Assembly (NCBI RefSeq): GCF_009914755.1
Contig: NC_060946.1
From: the human T2T-CHM13v2.0 reference genome, Homo sapiens
Reading direction: 5' to 3' (one strand)
DNA length: 64,000 nucleotides
This document shows positions 15,882 to 37,289 of the stretch, piece by piece (the stretch's first letter is position 1; every line of letters starts with the position of its first letter). The notes under the pieces were generated by a model that worked only from the letters and a program-made list of their open reading frames with translations, was not told where the DNA came from and did no database searches. A program made the position numbers and the translations under genes.

Positions 15882-16560
15882 ACGAGAGAAACCCAAGCGG
15901 CGGCCCGTGGGCACGCTCAGCGCCACTGCTCCCGCCACAGGGACAAGCGCACTCGACAACTTTCAGGGCCCACAGCACCAAGAGGACAGGGAGAAGCCAA
16001 CAAAGGAATGACGCTAGGAAACGCACCCCCAAAGCCACCAACCAATCCAAGTAAAAACACGTCTCAGGGCTCTGTTTGTTTTCCCGCTTGGGCGGCCCTG
16101 CCCCCCTGTTCCAGCCCGGCCCAGGCACCTCCACCCTACCCTGGCCAAAGGGTCCCCTGTATACCAGAGCAGAGCCTCCCTCTCCAAGGCTCTGTTGCTA
16201 TCCCTCTCTAGCTCCCTCACCCTCTCCCTTTCTCTACTTCCCTCTCCACCTTGCCCGCTCTCTCTCCCTCCCTCCCTCTCCCTCTCTCTCTCTCTCGCAA
16301 TTTCCCCTGTCCCTCTCTGTCTCTCTCTCGATCGCTGTTTCTCTCTCTCCTTCCGTTTCTATCTCTCCATCCCTCTGTCCCTTGCTCTTCTTCAAGCTGT
16401 CTGTGTCTTTGTGTGTCTGCGTGTATGTTTGTGTTCCCGCGCGTGCACCCATGTGTATCTGTGTGTTTGGGAGTGGGTTTGCTAGTGATTGTGGTGGGGT
16501 GTGTCTGGATGTCCGTCAGTACCTTTGTCACGGGATCAGGCTGCCGAATCTATTGCCAGC
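15882..16560. repeat. SST1 (MER22/NBL2)-like macrosatellite fragment
   Basis: Minus-strand ggagcagtggcgctgagcgtgcccacggg...cttgggtttctctcgtg, then CT-rich and GT-rich tracts and gggatcaggctgccg, resemble recalled SST1. Confidence 0.65.
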
Positions 16561-20560
<4,000 letters not shown>

Positions 20561-20589
20561 TGATCCCATTGTGTATATCTGTGTGGTAA

Positions 20590-20823
20590 CATTTTTAGCA
20601 ATAAAGTTCATTTCCATTAAGATATGTATATTATTTAGACATGTTATTTATGTGTGTGCATTTGTTTAATAGACATAAATTTATTTCAGAGTTATTCTAC
20701 AGCATAGTGTAAGCATAACTCATAAGCAGTGTCAACCCAAAAATTGTGTGACTCGCGTTACTGTGATTCTTTTATACTGCAGTGGTCGAGAATAAAATCT
20801 CTATATCTCCAATTTATATCTGT
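20590..20823 (+). mobile_element. Tigger1 3'-end fragment
   Basis: catagtgtaagcataact...aaaaattgtgtgactcgc...gcagtggtcgagaa...atatctcc resembles the Tigger1 terminus. Confidence 0.65.
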
Positions 20824-20944
20824 GTATTACCATTAAATTGGCCCCATTTCCTGTAGTGATAGAACACTATTCCCAGACTATGACAAGAGCTGCGGACTGT
20901 GGGGAGGTCAGGGTTAGGATGATGCAGAAGTGAAGATAAGACAT

Positions 20945-23899
<2,955 letters not shown>

Positions 23900-24272
23900 C
23901 TGAACAGTTTTCTCATTCCTGCTGCTTCTTAGAGCCTCAATCAGAAGTTGCTTGCTGTAGTTCTACTGGAGACCTAGACACAGTTAAGGGTAGACATTTT
24001 CAGGATCTTTTCATAGTGTCAAGAAAACAAAGAACTGGGAGCACAGGTACCGGAAGATCAGGGAATCATTTCTCCTTATTTCTGTCCCAGTTCCTACCTG
24101 GAAGTATTTATGATCCTGTTCACCTTTCAAGATGCACAATTAAACATGCCTATATTGACATATGTTATATATTTTGCACAGAAAGAGAATTTATTTTACA
24201 TAGTGTTAACATTGTATGCATAGATATTGTAATTTCTTAAATGCTTGGAAACAACAAATGTCAAATTATGGT

Positions 24273-24430
24273 TGATTGTATTAGATCCACACATATATGA
24301 TGAAATAAAAATGCAGAGAAAAAATAAATACCAAATGAAATGGCCCTTTCTACCTTAAAAATGGGGACGATAATTAGATCAAATGCAATAAAATTGAATT
24401 GATTAGGTTGAGCCAGTGCTAACCTAATCA
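24273..24430. promoter_or_regulatory. Cluster of DUX4-type binding motifs upstream of FRG2
   Basis: TAACCTAATCA at 24420-24430 fits TAAYYBAATCA; inverted CAACCTAATCA at 24410-24400; near-match TAATACAATCA at 24283-24273. Confidence 0.75.
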
Positions 24431-25724
24431 GCCCCTGATTCCTGAGGTAGCAAAAAGTCTAGGTGGAAAAACTTTCCCCCTTTCTCACCCTTCCTCAGTC
24501 ATCCTGGGAGCGCCATTGTGTTCTGTGGAATTTATTCAGCATCCCTAGTAAAAATGGACTTGGTCTCAAACAGGTAACCCAACTGATCACAAGACAAACA
24601 GCCTAGATTCTGAACATTCACCTCCTGTCTTCACACCGCAGACACCACCTGAATCCCGTCAAAGTCCACATTATTTCTCAACATCCACCATATTCCAGGG
24701 CAACCTCTCAAAATTGCCTCAGTGAGACGGGCCAAGGTGTGGTGGAGCTCCAGGTTCAGAATAGCTGCCTCATCCCTTCCTACTGCGTCGGAGTCTGTCT
24801 CTGCTGGTCAGAGCCCTCCAACTAGCCTAGTCTATGTCCAAGGAAGTGTCCCCTAAAAGGACCTTCTTCTCTCCCCCTCTGCTGAGGAAAGCATGCAGGA
24901 ATGAGACTTTCTATGTTAGGAAATACTCAGCCTCCAGTTCCAAATGACTTGATTGACTGATGAACTGATTTCTTGAGGAGGAGAAAGACACAGGGAAGAG
25001 ACTGTGTTGGGTGAGTCTGTGTTTTCCCAGCTGTGCTGCCTGTGCAAATAGTGGAACCAAAAAAGAATTAGTTGTAGACAGACACTGCCTAGTGAAATTG
25101 TCTGAATGTAAATGGAACTTATCATAATATATCATTATATATTATAATATTATATTATAAAATTTATTTGACATCTAAATAAATTTTGATATATTATGAT
25201 ATATAAAATTTGGTCAGGTAATTTTATAAGAAAATTGAGTTAAATTTTTTAACTATATTAACATATAAACTCAATAGAAAGCTAGGAAAATTGTCTGCTC
25301 TTGTGTAAATGACTGCTTTTTGGATAACTCTGTAAAAGATGTGAAGAGGGGTCTGCTACTTACTTGATAGTAAGTACTTGATGAGACATCGACTTCCACA
25401 TCTTTGCTGTTTTTAAACAGTGCCCTCTCAAGATATGAGAATATTTTACTCTAAGAAAGTATTTTCATAGATATCACAATAGGAATTTTGTTCATTTTAG
25501 TCAATAAATTATTATAACATTTAGTGATTATTAATAATTTATGTCACTGTTAAAATATACTCCTACAGACAACATATTACATATGTGTTTTGTCCTTTAA
25601 TCTCAGGTAAATTTTTAAAATTTTTATTTATTAAATTCTATATATTTTAGTTAAAAGAGACCTTGCAACTGCCATATGATGTACTTTCTTAGAAAGAAAA
25701 ATTCTCAGGCAAAACTCAGGCCTG

Positions 25725-26020
25725 GCCAGGCACCGTGGTTCATGCCTGTAATCCCAGCACTTTGCGAGGCCAAGGCGGGTGGATCACCTTAGGTCAGGAG
25801 TTCAAGGCTAGCCTAGCCAACATAAGGAAACCTCTTGCATACTAAAAATACAAAAAAAAAAATTAACTGAATATGGTGGCTCACGCCTGTAATTGCAGCT
25901 AGATGGGAGGCAGGAGGATTGCTTGAACCCTGGAGGCAGAGGTTTTAGTGAGCCTAGATCATACCACTGCACTCCAGCTGGGCGACAGAGCAAAACACCG
26001 TCTCAAAAATGAAAAAACTC
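25725..26020 (+). mobile_element. AluS
   Basis: ggccaggcaccgtggttcatgcctgtaatcccagc...gtctcaaaaa. Confidence 0.9.
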
Positions 26021-26139
26021 AGGCTTATTTTTATCAAAATCTAGATTTTAAATAACATTTCTAGGTGTCCCCTTTCAATAAAAATCCAAACCAAAACAAA
26101 AAAAAAATTTCTAGGTAATTCCCATGAATATTAATAACT

Positions 26140-27090
<951 letters not shown>

Positions 27091-27921
27091 AGATAACATA
27101 AAATTGGCATGTTATTAGTTGTTGTTGAGCCTGGGTAACAGGCCTATTGTACTGTTTCTTTTATTTTGTGTATGTTTTAAATTTTCTGTAATAAAACATG
27201 TATAATAATACAAAGTTGATTTACAATGTTAGCTCTTAAGATCTTAGTGACTTTGGGGGAGCAAAAAGAGAGAAAGTGGTTGCCAGGGCATCAGTGAAGC
27301 TGGTTCTATTTCTAGGTTACACACGTGTGTTCACTTTGTAATAATTCTTTGAACTTTACATGATTTGTTTGTACACATCTTTCTGCATGAACGTTATACA
27401 TATATAAAAAATTAAATATTACCTATTTGCACAAAATTTTAACATCATATCTCAGAATAATAGCACTGTTTTGTACTGTTTTAAAGTGGGACATGTTTGC
27501 TCAGGGCATCATCAGATGGATATTAATATTCCAAGGTATTTACTTATGTTCTAACACTTTGGTGACCTTCTAGGTCTTCTCATATTTACATCAATTTAGT
27601 AAGTAAGATAGTTTTAATTTTTTAGGATATAGGCCAAGCATGGTGGCTCATGCCTACAGTCTCAGCTCTTTGGAAGGCCAAGGCAGGAGGATCATTCGAG
27701 TCCAGTATTTTGAGTTTTTTTAGGATGCAATTATTATTCAGCAAAGTCCTCTCCCCACAGTGAGGTTCAGCAATGCAAGGGCACCTAGTGCATAATATGC
27801 ATTTGGTATGAGTAGAACTGGATTGAATCAGTAATAAAATGTGTAGCAGAGGTCAGTTCGGCAAAGAAAACTAGGTAATGCAGGTAAGATCAGAAGACCA
27901 CAACCCACGAGCAAATCTTTC

Positions 27922-28085
27922 TATTTATTTCAGGAACCCATTTGCCACTAGTTCACTGGAAGAGGCTGATTTAAACCATTCATTTCAGGAAACCATTTGC
28001 CACTAGTTCACCGGAAGAGGCTGATTTAAACCGTTCATTTCAGGAAACCATCTGCCACTAGTTCACTGGAAGAGGCTGATTTAAA
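27922..28085. repeat. 55-bp minisatellite, 3 copies
   Basis: caggaa.cca.ttgccactagttcactggaagaggctgatttaaa starts at 27931, 27986 and 28041. Confidence 0.95.
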
Positions 28086-28655
28086 GCAGCAGTTTGGGGG
28101 CTTGATTGTACCCCATAGTCACCCAGAGAGCTGTAAACAGCACTGTGGCTCAGGTCCCACTGCAGGGATTTTGAATTCATTTATCTATTGCCTTTTGAGT
28201 TTAGATAATTTTAAAAGCCTCTCTGGTGATTCTCATGTGCACCCAGGGGAAAAACCCCTGGTTCAGGGTGAGAAATTCATTTGCTGCTCATGTCTTCTGT
28301 GTGCAGCTGTGATTTGCCCCATGGCCACTCCTGAGTTTGGGGTCTTAGAAAATACACTTGTCCTGTTAAAAATCAAAAAAATAACTTCAAGACACACTCA
28401 GCTGTTTGGCTAAAATGCAACAGGAGAAAATATATTCTCAACAGATGTACCTGGATGGCACTTGCTTTCAGAGTAAAAGGTGGTTTCAAGCACAATATAG
28501 CACTTTTTTCCTACAGACTTTCAAGACCTTTTACTATCATACCCTTATGAATCACAGGAATAAAAAAAAAATCATAGTTATATAACTGTCAAATATTGTA
28601 TTAGGAAAATAATTAAGGGCATGTCTTCCATGCTTAGGTACCTTGATTAAAATCA

Positions 28656-28960
<305 letters not shown>

Positions 28961-29178
28961 GAGACCCATTCTTTCAGACACCCTCCTTCTTCTACGTGAA
29001 ACACGAGGCTTTTGACTGAAATGTTTTAAGATGAACTGAAGATTCTCCCATGATCAGGAGCAGTAGATGGGGGTTGCTCCCTTCCTGTTCTTTGAGTTGA
29101 AGTAAGGCAGAGGTCTGGAGACTCAAACTGGTAAATAATCAAACTGGTAAATATATCAATTGCTTTCTTTTCATATGA

Positions 29179-29517
29179 TGTATTAAGTTATTCTTGCATT
29201 GCTATTTAAAAAATCTGAGACTGGGTAATTTATAAGAAAAGAGTCTGCAGGCTGTACAGGAAGCATAGCACCAGCATGAAATCATGGTGAAAGAGAAGCA
29301 GGCATCTCACATGGTAGAAGCAGAAACAAGAAAGATGAGGAAGGGATGGGCCACACTTCTAAACAACCATATATCGCTAGTACTCACTATCTCAAGGATG
29401 GCACAGAGCCATGAGGGATTCACCCGGAGATTCAACCACCTCCTCCACAGGCCCCACCTGCCACACGGGGGATTAAAATTCAATATGAGATTTGGAGGGG
29501 ACATCTAATCTACATCA
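29179..29517 (-). mobile_element. MaLR solo LTR (MST-type)
   Basis: tgtatta...gagactgggtaatttataagaaaagag...atgagatttggaggggaca...catca; near-TSD tatga/catga. Confidence 0.85.
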
Positions 29518-30999
29518 CATGACCATCAGAAAAACAGGTGAAGAATTCACGGTTTCTATTGTCCAGAAACTTTTCATCTAGAGCAAACGGATTAATGGCT
29601 GAATTCAGCATCCTGTGGTTGGAAGGGAAATGGATTAATGGCTGAATTCATCATCCTGTAGTCGGAAGGGAGAAGGGAGCTGCACAGGGGGCCTTGGCTG
29701 CATTTGCTCCACTTCCTTTATGCTGTTCCTTGGGTTCCGATGTCACCACCTGAAGGGCTATTCATGGACAGAAGAATTATTGTTATTGTTGTGATTATTT
29801 CTATTTCTTTTATCTTGGTAAAAATAAGTTTTTAGCTTCTCATATAATTGTCCTAAAAACCCTAAGAGTTTTGTTTAAGTTTCTTGTGATCATGTGTTAT
29901 AAAAATTGACAGGAAAGTGGCTAAAACATATTAAAATTACACAAGCTCTAAGAGTTAAGTCTCTGTTGGGCAGGCTTACGAAAGACAGAACTGGAAATAC
30001 TCCACCAGCATGAACATCAGAAACATGGGGTCCACTTTCTGTTCCAGCCCTGCCCAGATCCACCCTCTTCTATGGCCTTATCCAGGTCTGGTCTCACCCT
30101 AGAATCTTCTCTCACAGAACTGATTAAAGGAGACCAGAGATTCAGGTGGGGGCTCCTGCTGCCTCTCCTGAGCTGGTACCCACAATTTCCTAAAATGGAA
30201 AAGCAGATAAATGGAAGCAAAGAATTCTATATTTGGGGGCTGTAATTTCTTTTTCATTGAAGCCAGTGCTTCTAGAGACACCCCACCTAGCAACTTGTTT
30301 TCCACTCCTGCAAATTCAGTAGCTGCTCCACAAGGCACAAAAAGGTAAATATAAATATAAAACATCTCTCTGAACAGTTCACCCTTTTTTCTCCATCCCT
30401 CTCATCTGTCGATATAGCTTTTATTCTGCACATTTTATTTTCCAGGTAAATAATTTTTAAAATGGAAGAAAAAATAGAAATGCTAGGCCCTTCATTTAAA
30501 TCCTGAAAATTACAGAAAACTTAGCACCCAACCCCCAGGGTGCTATGAGGATTAACTCACATCATGGTAAGTTTCCTGAACATTGCTCTGTAACAGACTT
30601 CTGAACACATAATATGTGCTCAGTAAACATTGTATTAACTCATGTGTACATGTTTTCCAAATGCAAACTTACTCAAACATTGATGCCTTCTCTAGGCTCT
30701 CTAAACTGTAAAGAGCCAGCAGAAAATGACATGTTTGAAAATGGTGACTGGTGGCTTCCACTTTGGACCAAAAGTATTTGTGTTGTGGTAACATCGTTGG
30801 GTGTCAGGAGCTCTGTGCTGTGCCTACTTTCTCTAGCTGAGTGCTACTATATTGGATGTAGTGGATGAAACATCAGCATTAAGAGGAGACTTTTTAAAGA
30901 AGCCAATTCATGGGCCCCTTCCAAACCTGCAGAATCACATCACTAAGAGAGAGCCTGGAATCAGAAATAATTCATAGGCACATTGAAACTTGAGAGTTC

Positions 31000-31245
31000 G
31001 GCACAGTGACTCATGCCTGTAATCCCAACACTTTGGGAGGCTGAAGTGGGCAGATGACCTGAGGTCAGGACTTCAAGACCAGCCTGGGTAACATGGCCAA
31101 ATCATGTCTCTACTAAAACATACAAAAATTAGCCAGGTGTGGTGGCTGGTGCCTATAATCCTAGCTACTCGGGTGGCTGAGACTGCAGAATCACTCGAAC
31201 CTGGGAGGTGGAGGTTGCCATGGGCCAAGATGGTGCCACTGGCCC
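31000..31245 (+). mobile_element. AluS, 3'-truncated
   Basis: Standard Alu left arm and most of the right arm. Confidence 0.88.
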
Positions 31246-31344
31246 ATGCTTCCAGCCATAATCACATGGCCAGTTTAAAGAAATACCATCACTTGTGCCC
31301 TCCCCAGATACTCTGTCTATTGGTCTTGGTGGGAGCATCTATGT

Positions 31345-33305
31345 AGTTATAATTAGAAAGTCAAATTGTCCCTCTTTCATGATTATATAATATCATATAT
31401 ATAAAAATTCTAAAGACCGCCAAAAAAACTCTTAGATTTGATAAATAAATTTAATAACGTTTCAGGATGCAAAAGTCAATGTACAAAAATTGGTAGCGTT
31501 TTTATACACTAATGATGATCAAGCTGAGAACTGAATTAAAAAGTCACTTCCTTTTACAATAGCTACAAAAAAGGTAAAATGCTTAGAAATACAATTAGTC
31601 AAAAAGATGAACAATCCCTACAAGGAAAACTACAAAACACTGATGAAAGAAGTTGTACATGACACAAATGAGAAAAACATCCCATGCTCATGGATTGGAA
31701 GAATTATGATCGTTAAAATGACTCTACTGCCCAAAGCAATCTACATATTAAATGCAATTCCTACCAAAATGCCAATGTTATTTTTTATAAAATTAGAAAA
31801 AAAAACACTAAAATTCACATGGAACCACAAAAAGAGCCTGAATAGCCAAAGTAAATCTAAGCAAAGAGAATAAAGCTGGAGATATTACATTATCTGACTT
31901 AAAATTATGCTAGAAGGCTGTAGTAACCAAAACAGCATGGTACTGATATAAATTGACACAAAGATCAATGGTACAGAATAGAGAACCTAGAAATAAAGCC
32001 ACATACCTACAAACAACTGATCTTTTACAAAGTCAACAAAAACATACACTGGAGAAATGACATCCTATTCAATAAATTGTGCTGGAAAAATTATATTGCC
32101 ATATGCAGAAGTACGGAATGGGACCCCCATGTTCCACCATATACAAAAATCAACTCAATATGTGTTAAAAAACTAAAATGCAAGACCTGAAACTATAAAC
32201 ATGCTAGAAGAAACTCTAGAATAAACTCTTCTAGACATTGACTTGAACAAAGAATTTATTACTAAGATCTCAAAAGCAGATGTAACAATAACAAAAATAG
32301 ACAAAAGGAACTCAAACTAAAAAGCTCCTGAAAATGAGCTTTTTAATTAACACAGTGAAAAGAAAACCTATGAAATAAGATAAACGTTTACAAGTTTCGC
32401 ATGTGACAAAGATCTAATGTCCAGAATATACAAGGAACTCAAACAGCTCAACAAAAATAAAACAAGTAACCTCATTAAAAAGCAAGCAAAGAACATGAAC
32501 ATTAAAAAAAAAGACACTGAAGGTCAATGGTCAACAAGTACGTAAAAGGTGCTCAACATTGTCAATGATCAGAGAAATGCCAATTAAAAACCACAATGAG
32601 ATACCAACTTACACCATGCCGAATGGCTATTACTAAAAAGAAGAAAAATGAGCTATCGGCAAGGATACAGAGAAAAGATAACATTTATACACTGTCTGTG
32701 GGAAAGTAACTTTCTACAATCTCTATGGAAAACAGTATGGAGATTTCAAAATAGACTAAAAATAGAACTTCCATTTGATTCAGCATTCCCACTACTTGGT
32801 ATCTACCCAGGGGAAAATAATTTGTTACATAAAGAAAATACCCATGCTCACATGTTTATCACAACACTATTCACAATAGCCAATACATGAAATCAATTTA
32901 AATTTATCAATCAATAATCGAATGAAGAAAATGTGTTATACAAGTATACCAAGGAATGCTACTCAACCATGAAGAAGAATAAAATCATGTCTTTTGCAAC
33001 AACATGAATAAAACCAGAGGCCATTACTGTAAGTGAAAAACCTCAGAAACAGAAAATCTAATCTGTATTTTCTCACTTGCAAGTGTGAACTCAATTATGC
33101 ATATGCTTGGATATAGAGACTGGAAAAATAGACACTGGAGACTCAGAAAGATGGGAGGTTGGAGAGGGTTTAGGAATGAGAAAATAACTAATGGGGACAA
33201 TAAACAACATTCAGATGATTGTCACACCAAAAGCCCATACTTCATCCCTATGCAACATGCATCTGTAAGGGAGCTGCATTTGTACTCTCTAACGTATTAA
33301 TAAAG
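31345..33305 (+). mobile_element. L1 (L1PB/L1MA-type) ORF2 3' part and 3'UTR, followed by an AluS (about 33322-33620)
   Basis: ORF 31607 ([21 protein letters not shown]) and ORF 32648 are L1 ORF2 remnants. Confidence 0.9.
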
Positions 33306-33494
33306 AGATTTAGAAAAAGAGACCTGGCGTGGTGGCTCAAGCCTATAATCCCAGCACTTTGGGAGGCTGAGGTGGGCGGATCACGTTGTCAGGAGTTCAA
33401 GACCAGCCTGGCCAATATAGTGAAACCCTGTCTCTACTAAAAATACAAAAATTAGCCGGGCATGGTGGAGCATGCCTGTAGTCCCAGCTACTCA

Positions 33495-33596
<102 letters not shown>

Positions 33597-33699
33597 TCAA
33601 AAAAAAAGAGAGAAAAAAAAACTTTGGCTTTTATCAGAGGACAAACTGAATAGACCTCATAATTTTCATAAATAATTAGATTAGGCAAAAAAATTTTAA

Positions 33700-36600
33700 C
33701 AAAAATAAATAAAAAATAATATTGTATTTTAAGAATGGTATAGAAAGATAATTTGATGAATTAGAGTAGTTAGTACTTAGCACATAAAATATGTTAGGCA
33801 AGATTCTAAGCCACTTAGACCTTTATGTACAGAATATGTAACAGAGTAAAATAAATAACACAAAGATTCATTGACAATGACAAATTGACATAATTTCAAT
33901 CATATTAGATGATATTAAAACCATTAACAAATTTACTGCTTTGTTTCATAATTAAAAAGAATGCTAAATAACTTCATTAAAAAGTTTGACTAATTAGGCA
34001 TATAGATAAATGGGCAGGATTTGGACCAGAACACAGAGGATACACATTTTCAAAGACCAGACAAAATTATTTATTTATTTTTTGGGGGGAGAGAACAGTT
34101 TTATTATCTGGGGATACAATGGGGTCCTCTCCCTGGGAGGTGGGTCTTCCACTGGTTATCCCCACCAGGGCTCCAGGGGGCGCCATGAGATTCAGTACTG
34201 GGCTCCGCTGGGGGCTAGGCCTTGGAGAAGGCGAACTGTGCAGGGAAGCAGCAGCTGTGGGGTCTTCACCGCCCGCTCTGCCCAGCTGCACCCGGCCTCC
34301 TGGTGCTCCTCAGGCTCCCGCCGAGTCTGTGTCTCTGGAGGGCAGCGAACCATCCTGCCCAGAACCTTATCCTCATATTCCAGTTTGACGCAGGTCAGCC
34401 ATTTCTGCTTCCTCCTCTCAGGCTGGACTTTGCACTTGGCTTTCTTCCAGTCCTTCCTCCGGCCAGTTCTCTGTCTGCCGGAGCTTAAATTCCAGCCTCA
34501 CAAATGTTCCAGATGGGAAGGGCGTGTCCAGGGCGCTGTCCACACTGGTCTCCCGGAAGGCCCGCTGCACGGGTGGGTGCTTGCAGATTCCTCCAGGGTC
34601 ACCTGCAGGCCCCGGCGCTGGCCCGGTGAGGTCGGCCCCTCCCGCATTCCCCGCGCCCACTCACTGGGCCAGCAAGATCCGCAGCCGTCTCAGGCTTCCC
34701 CTGTCACCCTGGCCCTGCGAAGCTGGTGTGCGCCCCTTAGTTCTCCAAGCCTGCCAGGAGCCACCTCCTCCCCTGCCCTGCCCCTGTGGGGGCCATGCCC
34801 GCAGAACGCTGGGCAGAGGCGAAGGAACCGGGAAATGTCCCTTTCTCCACACTGACCTTGGGGTGTACTGGGTCTTCTCCACTCCCTCCCACCCTGCCCG
34901 TGCTGTTCCCTGGGGCCCGCAGTTTCAGCAAATTTCCCTACCGCGCCGGGAAGCCGTCCTGTTGCTCACTCTCACCCTTCCTCGTTTTCTGGCCCATTCT
35001 CTCTCCCCACTGGGTCTCTCACAGGACCTTCTCTCCTCCCGGCTGTCCCCGGAGCCCCTCTCCGCTTCCTCAGCTCAGCCCCTTCTCTGACGGCTTCTCC
35101 CTCCCACCCCCAAGCGAATCTCCGGGCTCTCAAGGGGTGCCCCCGATCCCCGGGGCCTAGGTCAACCAGACAAAATTATTTCAAATGGGAAGATTTGAAT
35201 TCCATTGAATTCATGAAAGCAGGAATCCATCTGGTCATATTTTAAATAATTTTGAAATGATAATAGCAACTATCAATTTTACCAGAATTCAGAATACCCA
35301 CCATTTTACCAGAAAAAAAAAACCTGTTATAACTAAACAGCTAAGTCAGTAAATTTTCAGGATACAATATTAACATATGAACATCAGTGGCATTTTTTTA
35401 CAGTAACAGCAAAATATCTGAAACAGAAATAAAGATAGTTCCATTTACAATATTATCAAATAGAATGAAATACTTAAGAATGAGTTAACAAAGAATATGA
35501 AAGATCTGCAGGCTGAAAACTATAAAATGTTGAGGAAAGAAAATGAAAAATACAAAATGGGAAATATATTATGTGTTCATGGATTCTAAAAATTAATATT
35601 ATTAAAATATCCATATTACACAATGTGATCTACAGAGTTAAACTTCTATCAAAATTTTAATGCCATTTTATTAAAAATGTAGAACAACAATTTTAAAATT
35701 AGTATGGAACCACAAAAGACCTCAAATAGCCAAATACTGAGAAGAACAAAAAGGCTGAAAGCCTTTCACTTCCTGATTTCAAACTATATTACAAAGCTGT
35801 AGTCATCAATATAGTATAGTACCTACATAAAAACCAATAGAACAGAATAGAGGACCCAGAAATAAACTCACAAATATACAGTCAACCAATCCCAGAGAAT
35901 GGAGAAAGGATAAACACATCAAGGAGTGGTGTAGGAAAAACTAGATATGCACAGAAAAAAGTGAACCTTTCTCTCATGTCATCACAAAATGAATTTGAAA
36001 TGAAATAAAGACTTAAACATAAGAACTGAAATCATGAATCCTCTTAAAAAAATGGGGAAAAACCTTGACACTGGTCATGGCAATGATGTTTTGGATATGA
36101 CACCAAGAACACAGTCAACAAAAGCAAAAATGAACAAGTGGAACTATGTCAAAGTTAAAACTTTCTGCACAACAAAGGAAACAATCAGCAAAATATAGGA
36201 AATGGGAGAAAATATTTGTAAACCATATATAGGGTAATATGTTACTATCCAAAATATACATCATACTAATCAATACAAAAAACCCACAGCAGAATTAAAA
36301 GCAATTTCTTGATTAATAATTGGGCAAAATATATAAATAGCAATTTTTCCAAAGATATACAAATGGCCAACAGGTATATAAAAAATGCTCGACATCACTA
36401 ATTTTCAGAGTAATTAAAAACAAAATCACAATGAGGTATCACCTTATCGTGGTGTTTGGATGCCTATTATCAAAAAGTCAAAAGATAAAAAGTGTTAGGG
36501 TGTGGAAAAAGAGAACACTTGTGCACTGTTGCTGAGGATGTCAATTGGTGCAGCTATTATGAAAAACAGTATGGAGATTCCTTAAAATTTTTAAACTAGA

Positions 36601-37215
36601 ACTACCACTAATCCCAATTAGGAGTATATAGCCAAAGTACATAAAATCAGGATCATCAAGGGTATCTGCACTCCTCTGATACAGATAAACTGAGACATAC
36701 ATAATTTCAGCTTTAATAAAAATGAAACTCATCCACAACAATATTGATTAATCTTGAAGACATTATGCTAAGTGAAATAAGCCGAATACAGAAAGACAAC
36801 TACTGCATGATCTCGTTTGTATGTAAAATCTAAAAAAGTAAATAAAAATTTAAAAAAAGCCATGGAAACCGTAGAACTGTGCTTCCCATGGGCTAGGAAG
36901 TGGGGAAAGTGGGGAGATATCCATGGAAGGGGCACACCTTCAGTTACAAGGTGAGTAACTGCTGGGGACCTAATGTACAGAATAGTGACTATAGTTAACA
37001 ATACTCCGTACTTGAAATTTGCTACAAGAGTAGATCTCAGGTGCTCTCACCACACACACAGGAACGTATTAACTATGTGAGGGGATAGATAGGCTAACTA
37101 GCTTAACTGAGGTAATTTAAAGACTACTGACATCTCAAAACACTCTATTGTACACCCTAAAAATATACGCTTTTCAATTAGTCAATCATAGCTCAACGAA
37201 TGGAGAAAAAAATAA
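33700..37215 (+). mobile_element. Old L1M remnant, host of the RARRES2 retrocopy
   Basis: L1-like sequence on both sides of 34073-35164; L1MA-type 3'UTR at 36700-37210. Confidence 0.8.
34073..35164 (-). pseudogene. RARRES2P: RARRES2 (chemerin) processed pseudogene
   Basis: KHPPVQRAFRETSVDSALDTPFPSGTFVRLEFKLRQT matches chemerin; coding region intronless; start ATG>CTG at 34693; frameshifts; AATAAA near 34100 and decayed poly(A); 17-bp TSD ACCAGACAAAATTATTT at 34056-34072 and 35165-35181. Confidence 0.95.
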
Positions 37216-37289
37216 GAGTAACCAGCAGGTCATAGCTAGCCACATGGAAACTCAATTTAAAACACACTTGGCCACTGTTTCCAGCTCAA

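Noticed and set aside
34010-35160. 281-aa and 188-aa plus-strand ORFs
   Set aside because: Antisense frames over the GC-rich RARRES2 retrocopy; no recognisable protein.
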